DNA of 64,000 nt from the human T2T-CHM13v2.0 reference genome, Homo sapiens: NCBI RefSeq assembly GCF_009914755.1, contig NC_060936.1. The stretch is one strand, 5' to 3'. The translations under genes were made by a program, and so were the position numbers. The notes beneath the pieces were generated by a model. The model ran no database searches and had not been told where the DNA came from. It saw nothing but the letters and a program-made list of their open reading frames with translations. Shown here piece by piece: positions 42,558 through 56,339 of the stretch. Numbering within the stretch: position 1 is the first letter of the stretch; the number at the start of each line of letters is the position of its first letter.

Positions 42558-43186
42558 GAGAAAGCTCTCACTTAACATTGTCAATAGATTTTTGGAAACT
42601 GTGACTTGAAGCAAAACAACAGATAATGAAACCAATTTTGCCATAAGCTAATTGATATAAGTGAGAGTTAAGTTCCTATAGCATATTTTGGTCACAAAAA
42701 TATCACCAAACTTCTAAATAAAAACCAAACACTTCTAATATTAAACATTAAAATAAATGTGAGCTATGTATAAATTCTTAAATGATTAATAAAAACAAGT
42801 ATGATAATTACTTACCCAATTATTCCAGCTCAGATGGCTGGAGCCTATTTTGGCAGCTCAGGGCACAAAGCAGGAACCAGCCTGGACAGGATGCCTTTTC
42901 ATCACTGGGTATACTCATACACATACTCATCACCGGGTATACTCATACACACACACACTGACACACCCACCCATGCTAGGACCATTTAGACACTCCAATT
43001 CACCTAATGTATGCATCTTTGGGATGTGGGAGGAAACCAGATTACCCAGAGAAAACTCATGTAGACATGGTGAGAACTTACCAACTCCACACAGATAGTG
43101 GCCTTGGCTGGAATCAATTTTTTTTCTCTCATCAATGTTATAATGAAACCAAGTTGAAGAAAATGAGGTTATTCAAGGACCTGCTG
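42558..43186 (-). mobile_element. MER6A (TcMar-Tigger non-autonomous DNA transposon)
   Basis: The minus strand begins CAGCAGGTCCTTGAATAAC; TA flanks at 42556 and 43187; contains GTGTGGAGTTGG...CTCTGGGTAATCTGGTTTCCTCCCACATCCCAAAG. Confidence 0.8.
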
Positions 43187-43297
43187 TAATTGTTTGGAGT
43201 GGTGGCTAAACTCCCTGGTGACTCCTCATTACTCAAAGGTCTTACCCTGATTATCCCGGAGACCTAGAATAATTGTGCTATAAATTCTCAATCATGA

Positions 43298-43596
<299 letters not shown>

Positions 43597-45059
43597 TCAA
43601 TCATGAATACTAACAAAGAGAGATTTGGGGAATGAGGATTGATATAAATAATCCAAGGGATTTTATATTGACTTCAAAATACACTATACAGAGAGAACTT
43701 CCAATTTGTCTTTAGAATTATGTTTTCCTTAGAATAATTTAAAATCAGTTATCATTTTTTGAGTCAATAGAGATAACTGGTGTTGCATAGGTAGAGAAGG
43801 AAAACTGGTCTGAAACAACAAAAATTAGTTGCTCATAATTACAGATGGATTATCAAGAATAAGTTATTTATTAAAATAAACATATTCATGCACATGTGTG
43901 TTTGTCCGTGACTTTGACCTCTTGCCTTTTAAGGAACTTTTTTGCTCAGATGGAAATCATAAGCTAAAATAAAAGGTGAATTCTAAAATGAAATGAGGTC
44001 AGAGCCATGTGCCATGATTTTGCAGGTAGTTAAAAATGAACTGAGAATTCACCATCTGGTGAGAGGCATCTTGGGGAAGCAGCCACCTTCTGTTGGAAAT
44101 AAATGACATGAAAGCTTGTCGAGCTATTTATTCTTAAGTAGTTGTGACCGTGTTTTGCTCCTCCACTGAAATGAGCTCAACTTTTGATCTCACACTTTTA
44201 GAATGGATATTCTTAGCTAACAGTGAGACTAATCAATTAATTTGTGCCAACAGAGAAGTTGTAGGAGACAGTCCCTTCTCTCAACCCTTAAGTTTGCCTA
44301 ACTTTTCTAGGTAAAATAAGAACATGTTATCAGAATTTAAACCCTTCTAGTCTACCCAACTAGAAACGCTAATTGATAAATTTCAGGTGAGGTAGGAGAG
44401 AAGATCAGCACTAAAAAGAAGAAAGATTGGTGGTCTAGTAGGATCTTGCAACTGCCCTGAAATCACAGCATCTATGCATAAAGACTAGAAAATACACACT
44501 TACCTTTTAGTATATGTGCTACTGAAGTGAACACTACACTTACTTTTAGAAAGCAGTTTGTAAATAGAGGTATTGGCTTTCTTTACAGAAAACCTTTGAG
44601 AGTCACTCAAAATCATTTTGAAAGAGATTTATAAATAATATTTTAAAGGTAACCTCAATGAATGAAAATAATGCTAACTCATATGTGTATAGCATTTACA
44701 AATACTTTCAAAGACTGAATTTTATTCTTTATAACAACTGTGTGAGATAGGTAAAGTAAGTAAAAGCACTGTTTTACAAAGGAAGGAACCGAGATTCAAA
44801 GAGATTAAATAGAGTACTAGAAATGGTATAGCTAGTACATAATAGGAAGAGAGGGAGGTGAAAGGGCTTATATTCAAGCAACTATAATAACCACCACCAC
44901 CACCACCATTTACTGAACACCCACCATGTTCCAGTGATTATGTTAATCATTTTAAGGATATTATTGCATTTATTAAAATATTATTTCTTAAAAAGGAAAT
45001 AAAAAGTAGGACAATTTCTTGCAAAAAATTTTAATTCAGTAAAACAACTTAAGGCAGAT

Positions 45060-45255
45060 AATGATGATGATAACTATCATTTGTTGAACAGCTATTTGCT
45101 AGACACTGTTAGGCACTTAATCTAGATTTTATCTAATTCTCACAATTACCCAACGAGATTACTATTATGTATTTCATTTTACAAATCAAAAATATGAGGC
45201 ACGGAGGGATTAACTGACTTGATCAAGACTACACAGCTGGTAAGTGATGGAACAT
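45060..45255 (-). mobile_element. MIR SINE
   Basis: CATTTTACAAAT...ATGAGGCACGGAGGGATTAACTGACTTGATCAAGACTACACAGCTGGTAAGTG. Confidence 0.7.
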
Positions 45256-45363
45256 ACTATTATATGTGGTAACAAACATTGGTTACATGGAATTATTTAC
45301 TCTTTCTTCTTAACTGCCATGAAAACTTACCTATCATAGACCTAACTACATAACTGGTATTTT

Positions 45364-45497
45364 ATTTTTAATCTTTTTTTTTTATTATTATTATACTTTA
45401 AGTTTTAGGGTACATGTGCACATTGTGCAGGTTAGTTACATATGTATACATGTGCCATGCTGGTGTGCTGCACCCACTAACGTGTCATCTAGCATTA
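45364..45497 (-). mobile_element. Extremely 5'-truncated young L1 (L1HS pre-Ta, ACG type)
   Basis: Minus strand CTAATGCTAGATGACACGTTAGTGGG...AACTTAAAGTATAATAAT; TSD GGTATTTT at 45356 and 45498, followed by AA. Confidence 0.85.
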
Positions 45498-46264
45498 GGT
45501 ATTTTAAACAATTATTTTTGTTTCCCATAATTTTACTTAAGATCCTTGATGTGGACAATCTTTCTCCTACCCTTGGATTAAAACTCAGGTAGACCCCATA
45601 TTTTTTCTGGCCACTCTTGGGTAAAGTCCTACGATCATGTTAAGTCACAAATATAGTCTGAGTATAGTAATTATAAGTGTACAATAATAGATAATGATCA
45701 AAACTCCAAAATTGTTTTAATGTTAAAGTCTTCCTGCCTTTTGCAACATGGGCCAGCAGAGGCTGGACACAGGCAAGTTGGAAGTGAGTGCAGTCCTCCT
45801 TCCTGTCCCTGCTGTTTCCCCTAGTTTATTAACTATGATTTTTGATTTTCTGTTTCCACCAGAGTGAAAGTTGGGATGGGGAGGGGAGAAGAAATAAAAG
45901 GATGAGAAAGTTTTTACATGACTGTTATTGTTTTAAGGTGACTCTGTGCTCTCTGGGACTGGAAGACATATAATTTGACATTTTTATCCCCCCATGGGCC
46001 ATTTTTATTCGCTCTTTGGAAATCTCTGTTGAGGGCCTCTCAACTACCATTTTCTTGATCTGGCTGAATGGATTTTATTCTGGCAGCTAATTCTTCTAGA
46101 ATCCTTCAGCTCACCTCCACTTCCTTCCTTCTGAGGTCCCATCACCCTTCTAAGCAGTACCATTGAACAGAATCTAATACAAATGCAATATGAACTGAGA
46201 CAGATTGTCTCTAAAGCTAGCCATAACACTCTCTCCTCAACCCCTTGCTCTTTTGTAATGTGGT

Positions 46265-46712
46265 TTCCACTCTTCCCATAAGGAGATGAAGTCTATTTTC
46301 CTTTCTTTTGAAACTGGGACCATCCCAATAAAATGCAGCAAAAGCTATGCTTTGTGACTTCCAGGCCTACATCTTAAGAGATCTTGCAGCTTCCATTTTT
46401 GCCCCTTTGGAGTTCTGAGTCATCATGCATATTAGTCCAACTACCCTGCTGGAGAGAGAGGCTCAGCCAGATCCCAGGTGTTCCAGTCATGCCAGCTGAG
46501 GCACCAGGTATGGAGTGGACATTTTAGATACCCCAGGAACACAGAGAAGAGAGATCCCAGCCAACACCGCAGAGACAAGCCAGCCCTGAGCCTACCCCAA
46601 ATTGCAAAATTGTGAGCATATAAATTATTGCTTTTATTTTAACCTTCTATATTTTGTGGTAGGTTTTTATTTTTTCTTATTTTTTATTTTAGCAGCAGTA
46701 TATAACTGATAA
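46265..46712 (+). mobile_element. MLT1-family MaLR LTR
   Basis: GTGACTTCCAGGCC...CCAGCTGAGGCACCAG...CAAATTGCAAAATTGTGAGC...TAACTGATA. Confidence 0.7.
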
Positions 46713-46849
46713 AAGGCTATCTGGTCTACAGTAAACACTCCTGTATTCCTGATCACACATACTTTGGGAGGGCAGAGAACTCTCCTTCATTTTGCTGCTC
46801 ATGTTGTTTGTCAACCCATCTCAAAGATTTCCTAAGTAGAGTCAAACAG

Positions 46850-47380
46850 CAACCCAATAAAGTTAAACATATACTTAACTTATTGACCCATAAATGCCAC
46901 TCCTAGCACAAGAGAAGTTGAAGACATGTTCACATAAAGACCTATTTACAAATGCTTAAAATAGCTTTATTCATAATTACCAGAAACTGGGAGGAATCAA
47001 AAAATTCATCAACTGGTGAATGGATAAACAAATTGTCATTCATCCATGAAATTACTGATGCATGCAACAACATGGATGAGTCTCAAAAGCAATATGTTAA
47101 TTGAAAGAAGGAAGATACAAAAAGCTACATATTATTATATAATTTCGTTCATATGACATTCTGAAAAAGACAAAACTAAATGGGCAAAATTCAAACCAGT
47201 GTTGGTTAGCATCTGGGAGTATGAGAAGGGTATTAACTTCAAAGTGGCACCAGATAACTTTTTTGTGTAATGATGTGGTATTTTTTACATGACTGCGTAC
47301 ATTTGTCAAAACTCATACCTAACTTAAAAGGTTAATTTTACTGTGTGTATATTATACCTCAATAAACCTGACTTAATAAA
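46850..47380 (+). mobile_element. L1ME-type 3' end
   Basis: ATCAACTGGTGAATGGATAAACAAATTG...ACAACATGGATGAGTCTCAAA...ATTATACCTCAATAAA. Confidence 0.75.
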
Positions 47381-47587
47381 TAAAATCCACTAATGCCCTT
47401 CAACCATGGTTAACACATATCAAGCTATATAAGTAGTCTTATGGAAACCCCTGTCACCGGAATTGAGTGCCAGCTTACCCAATCCATTTGGGTGGTGAAG
47501 GTTGGTAATTACAGTATAGCATAGCTCTCTCTAAATTAATCATCCTCAAAAATCTCTTCAACCTTCCAAAAAGCCAAACATTTCGTG

Positions 47588-47846
47588 CTTTTTTTTTTTT
47601 TTTTTTCAGAGACAGGGTCTCACTCTGTTGCCCAGGCTGGAGTGCAGTGTGGTGCAATCGTAGTTCACTACAGTGGACTACAGGCACACACGAGCATGCC
47701 CAGCTAACTTTATTGTTTTCCAAATTCTTTTTACAGGCAAGTCTCACTACTGCTCAATCTGGTGTCTAACTCCTAGCCTCAAGTGATCTTCCCACCTTGG
47801 CCTCCCAAAATGCTGGGATTATAGGCATGAGCCACTGCTCCTGGCC
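47588..47846 (-). mobile_element. AluJ with an internal deletion
   Basis: GAGACAGGGTCTCACTCTG...GAGCCACTGCTCCTGGCC; part of the right arm is missing. Confidence 0.9.
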
Positions 47847-49968
47847 TTTTTATGCACTTAATAAGGATGAGTCATCTAACATATTTTTGACTGTTTCCTT
47901 TGAAAATTTGCATCTGGATTATCATATCCTCTGGAATGTGCCCTCTGTTGTATCTTGGTGTCTCAATTGAAATTTGTGGTATTTATATACATTATAAAGT
48001 AATGCTACATAGAGAAACATGATTATTTTTATGTCAGTTTCTAGGAAATAATTATCTACCCACATATTTACCATTTGAAAAGCTCTTCATTCTTTCTTAA
48101 ATATCTGAATTTCCATCTGTTACCATTTTCCTTCTGCCTGAAGAACTTCCTTTTGTATTTTTTGCAGTGTAGGTCTGCTAGCAATAAACTCTCTTGGTCT
48201 TCTTTTGTCTTTACTTTTCATTCTTTTCTCTTAGAAACTCATAGTGAGCATATAACATTACTACTATCCAGGCATGTTGCTATTCAGGTTTTATGAGGTT
48301 TCTGTGAGTAAGTGACTGTTTCAGCAATGGGTAAAAACACAGTCTAAACTGAACAAAACAAAACAAAACAAAATGCACACTTTTAAAATGTATTTTGATG
48401 TTCATCAAAGGTTTAGGGGGAAAGGAATCCTGCTCTAGCATAACAGACTAAAAAAGTCTTCTAAATCTGAGATAAGACCACATTTCTGAGAACAAAAGCT
48501 AACTTCCTCACTGATTTAAAATTATGTTTTGTATTCTCTAATTCTGGAGCAAGTTATCAATAAGATGTGTCTTTTAGGATGATTTGCAGGACTTTAGGAG
48601 TAATTATTAATGAGCTTTTGCTGTTTACAAGTGTGTGTGTGAAGGTGTGTGTTTGTATATATAAACCAAATTTAATGCACAATAATTTTTGAGTAGGTAA
48701 ATGATTGTCAACTATTTTATTTTACCTCTTTACAAAAATTAAAAATTTTCTCTAATGGGATGAGTTTTACAATAATATTTAAAAATCAAGAAACCTCAAA
48801 TCTAAAAAATAAGGAGATTGAGGCTCCTTGTTTATACAGTGATTACCATTTTATAGATAAGAACACTGAGGCTTACAGATTTTATGTAACTTGCTTAAGT
48901 CACAAATCTAGTAAGTGTTAGAGGTAAGAATCAAATCTAGGTTTATCATATGACTAAGCAAGTGTTCTTCATCTTTACCCCCTCTGATTTCCTATCTTCT
49001 TTGACCTTACATGTTAGCAGTAAAAAACAAACAAACAAACATATATTGGTACATATGTTCTACTAGAGTAACATTTTGTGAATATATTATGCACATTGTA
49101 AAACATGCAAAAATGGAAACTATAAGGGGATAAGAAAACAGAAATAGAAATAGAAGCACAAGTAGTTTTTTCACATACCCCATGGATCATCTAATACATG
49201 CCCTAGGTACTGAGTGTCCACTCTAGAGAATGTTGCTTAGATTCTCTGAAAATTATTTGATTTTTAAAATGAAAATATTATTCACAGCTTTTGCCAAATT
49301 TAGATGTACTATGTTTGAACTTGTGATTTCCTAGGCAAGTATATTCCAATCTAATTTAGCAGGGAGACATAGTATAGAGTGAGAATAGCAGCTGGAAGAG
49401 ATTGCTACAGAGAGCAGAGGGAGGTAGAATAGAGATGGAAGAACATTTGTAGACATTCAAACGTAAGCAATCTGTGTTTGTGTACAAAATCAGGCTAATT
49501 AACAATTTAAAACAGAACAGGTTAGAGTCCTTTTTATAACATAAATACACATTAGGAATATATATATATATAGTTTCTATAACATAAATAAATGATATTA
49601 TATATGTATATACAATTATATGAAAGATAGAAAGTTGGTCACATTATGCCCAATAGCAGCCATTATTTAAAATTGAAAATATGTTTAGAAATAACACAGG
49701 CATAGGAATGTTACCCCCAAAAAATCAACTAACACTGAATCTATAATTATACTATTATGTTAAACCACATCTTTAAACATAGAAAGTCCATCAAGATTGT
49801 TTCACAATCATCTGCCTAGATTTCTTGGTCATTTATGCCATCTGATTTTCATAAGATGACACAGATAAAACTCATATATTTGAAGAATGCAAACTCATAA
49901 AATTGTTATGTATCTGAATAAATTTTGTTTTTGTTTCTTCTTCTATTAACATTAGGTTGTTATTCTTT

Positions 49969-50090
49969 TTTTTTTTTAGTATTTATTGATCATTCTTGGG
50001 TGTTTCTCAGAGAGGGGGATGTGGCAGGGACATAGGATAATAGTGGAGAGAAGGTCAGCAGATAAACACGTGAACAAAGGTCTCTGGTTT
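49969..50090 (-). mobile_element. Tiny 5'-truncated SVA (SINE-R 3' end, older SVA_A/B-type)
   Basis: TTTATTGATCATTCTTGGGTGTTTCTC...AAAGGTCTCTGGTTT is homologous to the SVA end at ~61053-61160; poly-T; TSD AACATTA(G/T)GTTGTTATTCTTT at 49948 and 50091. Confidence 0.88.
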
Positions 50091-52644
50091 AACATTATGT
50101 TGTTATTCTTTGACTCCCAATTATATTTTTCTTCATCCTTTTTGGATTATTTATCTTTTGGGAATGATACAAGGGAGAGGAGACGGAAGAAACGGCACCT
50201 CTAATATCTCAGGATCTTGAAATTTTATATAGCCTTCAACTTAGACTTTTCTTTTACTCAGACTGATCCTTAAACTCTAAGTTAACACATTTTAGGGTTT
50301 CTTTTCAAATTGAAACCAGAAAATTCAGACCCAAGGACTTGACATCTCTGTGTAGGAGAGAGAGGTTCTCACAAAACGGTACAGTATACATCTATAATTC
50401 ATGGGAATTTCCTAAGGAATTCCTAAGAAATACCAGCTAAATTTCCTAAGAAATACCAGCAAATATAATCATAATCATCTATCCCATTAACTAAAATCTC
50501 AGCCTACAGTGCCTAAACCCAGATATTTCATGACAAAGGATAATATACAGACTATCTTTCCTCCAAGCCTCAAATTTCCTGTTCTTATTATGTATCTTTC
50601 TTCTTACAATGATTGTTTTAAAGAACCATCTTTGAAGTCCTTTGAGATGCAACTTATCATTTCTGCTCTAGATTTTCAAATATTAATAGAAAATACTGTT
50701 TCTTTGGCATTATCTGAAAGAAGCCAGTCTATGGAAAAAGTAATTGTGACCATTGTTTTATTCTTTTAATTTATCTCTTGTGTTAAAGAAACAGGCCATG
50801 CATTGACCATGCACAGAACATAACAATGAACATTGTTTTGATCATGAAAACTAGGCATTGAAAACCACCTTGATTTCATTAAGCTTAAACTTAATTGTAC
50901 CCTTTGCAAGGATTCCAGGCAAACATGCCTTCTGCAATGCTATATTTGGAGTGGGCATATGCACCAGATATATTGCTTCTGCTTTTTCCAAGGCTGTAAT
51001 AACTACATGACAAGTTATATTTTTTAATACCTAAATTACTCCTGAGAAGAAAACTCTGTGCCAAAAAAACTAACAGCTTTAATTCTTCATATCAATGACA
51101 TATAAAGTTATTAAATTACTATTAATTGACAGGCATTTAGCACATTGCATGGTTTTATTTTTTGAAGTTTGTTCTGTGTTTCTTCATACTTCCTCACATT
51201 CATATAATATTAAACCTGCACCACAAACACCAACATATGCCATTTAAAACATAAGTGAACTAGATACATCATTAATCTTATTATTCAGATTAGATGTAAT
51301 GCAGCATATACTTATTTACTCATTTTTATTTACACTCCAAGTCCTTTCACAAAGAATTTAGACAGCCACATAAAAATTGTAGCATCTACAATATAAAAAC
51401 TGAGAGCCAACAGTTTTTGTATTTTGGCAGATACTAAGTAATCTTAGTTAATTGTGGTAGACACAAACAGTGGTAGATACTAAGTAAAGCTACATTTTGC
51501 CATGGGTGATTGTATTTTAAAACTTTACCACATTGCTTTTAAAAAGCAATTTCTACTAAATAATAGAATCCTAGTGGGTATCTGAATCACCAATATAAAT
51601 GGGGTTAATACATGCATGATGATATGGCTTAGCAAAATTTAGTTGCTAACACATTGTTAGCTGCTTACAGGGTTTATTTTAATAGCAGCTGGAAATATTA
51701 ATGATGTTAAAAAGCAGTCATGAGGCCAAGCTGAGGCAGCTTAAAAGATTTGGCTCTCTCCACTTCATGCATAATTTTCATTAACCCTTAATGTTACCAA
51801 AGTAACCTACAATCTTAGTAAAAACATTTCCTATGTAAATCTTGCCTTAGCACCTTCTTTCAGATTGCCTCCATAAGCCCTTCCTATATAGAAACTTTGG
51901 AGCCACCACTAGGATTCTGCAAAATCAGAGGTTCAAATATGTCAGCCTCAGTTCAAATCTCTATTTACTCCCAAATCTCTCTGCTTTCAAAGAGTAACTA
52001 AAAGAAGAAAAGCACTTTGAAGTTAAAGAAAAAATAAAATTCTGGTAATTGAATTGTTGTGGGAGTGGAGAATGCATATTAAAATATTTGCTATAGACCA
52101 ATATAAAGTCTAAGTAGAGAGAGGCATGAACTTAGTATAGATCCAAAAATCATTACTGATATAGGTCTAATATTGTGTTGGTGGTGTCTTTTTCAACAGC
52201 AACCTGTGTTTATGGTTTGAGTTGACTCAAGGTTTTGAAGTTGTTATGTACGTAAATACTTCTGTTGGAATTCCCTAACTTCTGTCCTTGGTCCATACTT
52301 CTTTTCATTCTATTCACTCTTCCTGGGTAATTTTTAATATTGTCATAATTGTAACTACATCCATATCCTGTTAACTACCAAAATCTGGGCATTTAATAGA
52401 AACTTCACACACATATGCAATCACTTCCTAGAATCTCCACTACGTATCCCATACATGTCTTCAATCTCGACCTGTCCAAAACTAAACTCCTGTTATCTTC
52501 TCTAAACCTATTCCTCCTCTTATAATTATTCCTTTGTTGGCACCCCATCCATCTGATCATCTGTGTTAGAAACTTTTAATCTTTTCTACCCCTTACCTCC
52601 CTATATCAATCAATCACCAAGTTCGGTCAATCTAACCTCCTAAA

Positions 52645-52861
52645 TATTTTTAAATTCTTTTTGCTTCCCTGGGCTACATTGGCAGAAGAATTGTCTTGGG
52701 CCACACATAAAATACACTAACACTAACAATAGCTGATGACCTTTAAAAAATCGCAAAAAAATTATCTTAATGTTTTAAGAAATTTTAGAGTTTGTGTTGG
52801 GCCACATTCAAAGCCATCCTGGGCCACATTCAGTCCATGGGCCATGGATTGGACAAGCTTT
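52645..52861. mobile_element. MER30 hAT-Charlie element
   Basis: CTTCCCTGGGCTACATTGG...GGGCCACACATAAAATACACTAAC...GGATTGGACAAGCTT. Confidence 0.8.
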
Positions 52862-53521
52862 ATTTAAACTCTTAATGATTCCCTAAAGATTTGTGCACTA
52901 CTTCCCAAAGTAATTCTCAGAACTCTGGCCCCAAAAGATTATCTCTGATAAGTGTTTAAGTGTTTCATGGTCAGAAACTGTATAGTATATTCCTGTTTTG
53001 GAGATTCACAATATGCATTAGCATATTTAAATTTTCAAGAGACTCTACATTAAAGAAGTCTTGTTGGTATGTTTTCCAAGCTTTTTCCCACAGAATTTTC
53101 CTGCTAGGAATAAATGATTCCATCAAGTATCTGCTAAGGAAAGCTCTTTAACATGTCATATGAAGCCTTCCATGATCTGGCTCTGCTGGATTCTTCAGCC
53201 ATCATTCCCCTGACTCCACATGTCCCACTCTATTCTTTACTCCCACTGAAGCACTTTCTCAGCATTTGGCCCTAGCTGAAGCTGCTGCTTCCCCCTTCTA
53301 TCATTCTTCAATACTTGTTTCAAAAGTCACTTCCTGCAGAAAACTTTTTCTAACCCTTCCTATATGTTTCCATAGCCTTCTCCATGCTTGCCTCTTTTAT
53401 TATTACACTTACCACATTTTTACTGAAAGTAACTATTTAATGAATCTTTCTCTCCCCCTACCAAACCTCTTGAAGGAAGTGGTTATGTTTCTTTCGTCTT
53501 TGTACTTCCAGCATAAGCACA

Positions 53522-53882
53522 TGCTATGGCCTGAATGTTTGTGATCCTCCCAGATTCATGTGTTGAAACTTAATCTCCAATGCAATGGTATTAAGAAGTG
53601 GGCCTCTGGGAGGGGTGATAGGTCGTGAGGGCTCTGTCTTTATAAATGGGATTAGTGCCCATATAAGAGGCTTGAGGAAACCTGTCTGCCCCTTCTGCAC
53701 ATGAGAACTCAGTGAGAAGACCATCTCTGAAGCACAGAGTGAGCCCTCACCAGGTAATAAATCTATTGGCACCTTTATCGTGGACTTCCCAGCTTCCATA
53801 ACTGTGAGCAATAAATTTCTGTTGTTTAGAAATTAACCAGTCTATGGTATTTTTGTTATAACAGCCCAAACGAACTAAGACA
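53522..53882 (+). mobile_element. MaLR LTR (MSTD/MLT1A-type) within an L2 relic
   Basis: TGCTATGGCCTGAATGTTTGTG...AATAAATTTCTGTTG...GAACTAAGACA. Confidence 0.85.
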
Positions 53883-56005
53883 GAGATATACTTGACATTT
53901 AGTAACGACTGAAATGAAATAAATAGTGCCTGGCTCATGTAGCAGGTACCCATAATTAAATGCCATAGACATTAGTTATTAATAAGTCATAAAAGGTTTT
54001 CCTCAACCATAAGCAACTATTTGAAAGTTTTTGAATATAAAATCAATGCGTCCAATTTTGACTTTATATCTCATGTATTCAATGAGTTCTTATAATCACC
54101 ACAGTGCCTTCACAAATGTTGTGGTGCTCCTTTCACTTCTCTGATAGCACATACGATGTTGTTCTATAAATCTGAAAAGTTGCGGCATTTCATTGAGTTT
54201 ATTTTTAAGCAAATATTTGAGATGGACAGAACTGAGTAGGCAAAGGAAAGAGGATGTGGTCAAGGATTCCCTGAATTGGTTCATAAAGGGATATAGTGAG
54301 GTAAATTAATGCTGACACAGTGCCCTCTGTCAAAACAGCCTGCTGGCCTAGGAAAATGATCACAAGCAGCATATGTGCTGGTTAGGGAAGAGAAAAGCAG
54401 TCCAGATGGCTGATTTTTAAGCAGCCAGACTTAGAAAGAAAAGGGGAAAATTTGTATCCAGGTCATTCCTAACTCTTCTCCTGGGAGATCATCTAAAGTT
54501 GTTGCTTTTAAGTTCCCAGGAATTCTGCCGATAAATACTCACTACCTCATTGTAAAGCTGTGAGCAACCCCTTAAAACTGGAGACTAGATGGATGTTTAC
54601 TAAAAAGTATGCTAAAGTATCCTTTATTCCTCTTGCTTCTGTTCCCTTTTATGTCTCATCATCACTGATGATTTCTACTATACTTATGCAGAACAATTAA
54701 CCCCATACTTACTGGTGATTTAGTGAGAGTTTGTGTATTTGGATCCTTTAATTTCTCTGGGTAAGTTAGCCTTTAATTTAAATACCTCTTTCAATCTTTA
54801 ATGGATTCCTTCTACCATGAAATACAGGTATCTGCTGAAAAGGGCACCTCAATTACTCCCTCCAGCTGTGCAGAAAGGGTCCTTTTCTTGTCCAATGGCA
54901 TATGATTTCTGAAAGAATCTCTTATTTTATAGCAATCACAGTGCTGAATTTCATCATGCCATTACTTATGCAATTGAAAACAGACTGCTATGTGTTCTCA
55001 TAAAGACACTTTGTGAGAATTTTAACCCTATGAATTCCAAAACTGTGAGAGGATTTTAAAAAATTGAACAGCACTGGCTCTGGTCCCCTGGGACATCAAG
55101 AGTACTCATAAAAATTAGAGTCTCTCCTAGACTACCTGGATATGGGTTGTTGCTGTGCCCTGATTGCTCTTTTCTAAACCTATATATTAGCAAGACTTTA
55201 TTAAGAAAAAAAAATCTGTTTTTTTCTTTATAAAACAAGAGAAAAGCATAATAGACAACAGAAGGCAGACAGAGCAATTCCTTTTTTTCTCTCTTTTCAA
55301 TTCCTTCTCTTTTTTTCCTTAATTTATGTGAGATCTGAGATCCTAAGGATACTATCTGTACCTTCACATTGTACTCAGTCATTTTATATGTAACTCATCC
55401 TTTTACATGTTTACTTTGATACTATCTCCAATCCTATACCCAAAATGTTTATATCTCCAAAATAATAATGGAAATCTTTCCATTCTGATTTTGAGATGGA
55501 AAATTTATGCAAATGTATATTAAGTACATAGTTCTTTTTGTGTGGGGTATTTTTTTCCTCCATTCAAAATTGTAATCTTGTATGATTTTGCAAACTATTA
55601 TAATTCCCTCCCCCCACCATTTAAAAGTCATTATCATTTTCTATCTCTAGAATTTCTGGCACCCATTTCCATTCCAAGCTATTAGGTTGCTTTTGAAGTG
55701 ATGTCCCACTGCATCTTCCTGGCATATATGTCTAAACTTGTATTTATTTTACTTCTCTGTTCTTGTTCACATTGACAATGCCTCCGAAATTAGGTCACCA
55801 ATGGATTTCATTATCTTGCCCTTTGCCTTCTTTGAGTCAAGATATGGAATAAAACATCCAATAAAGTAAATGTGACCTTATCCTGACTCCTATAACACTC
55901 AACCAGGCATCTTCACACAACAGACTCATTCTTTGTCTATGGCTAAGAAATATTGCCCAAATCAGTTGAAGTCAGATTTTAAATGATACACATCATCCCA
56001 TATCA

Positions 56006-56339
<334 letters not shown>

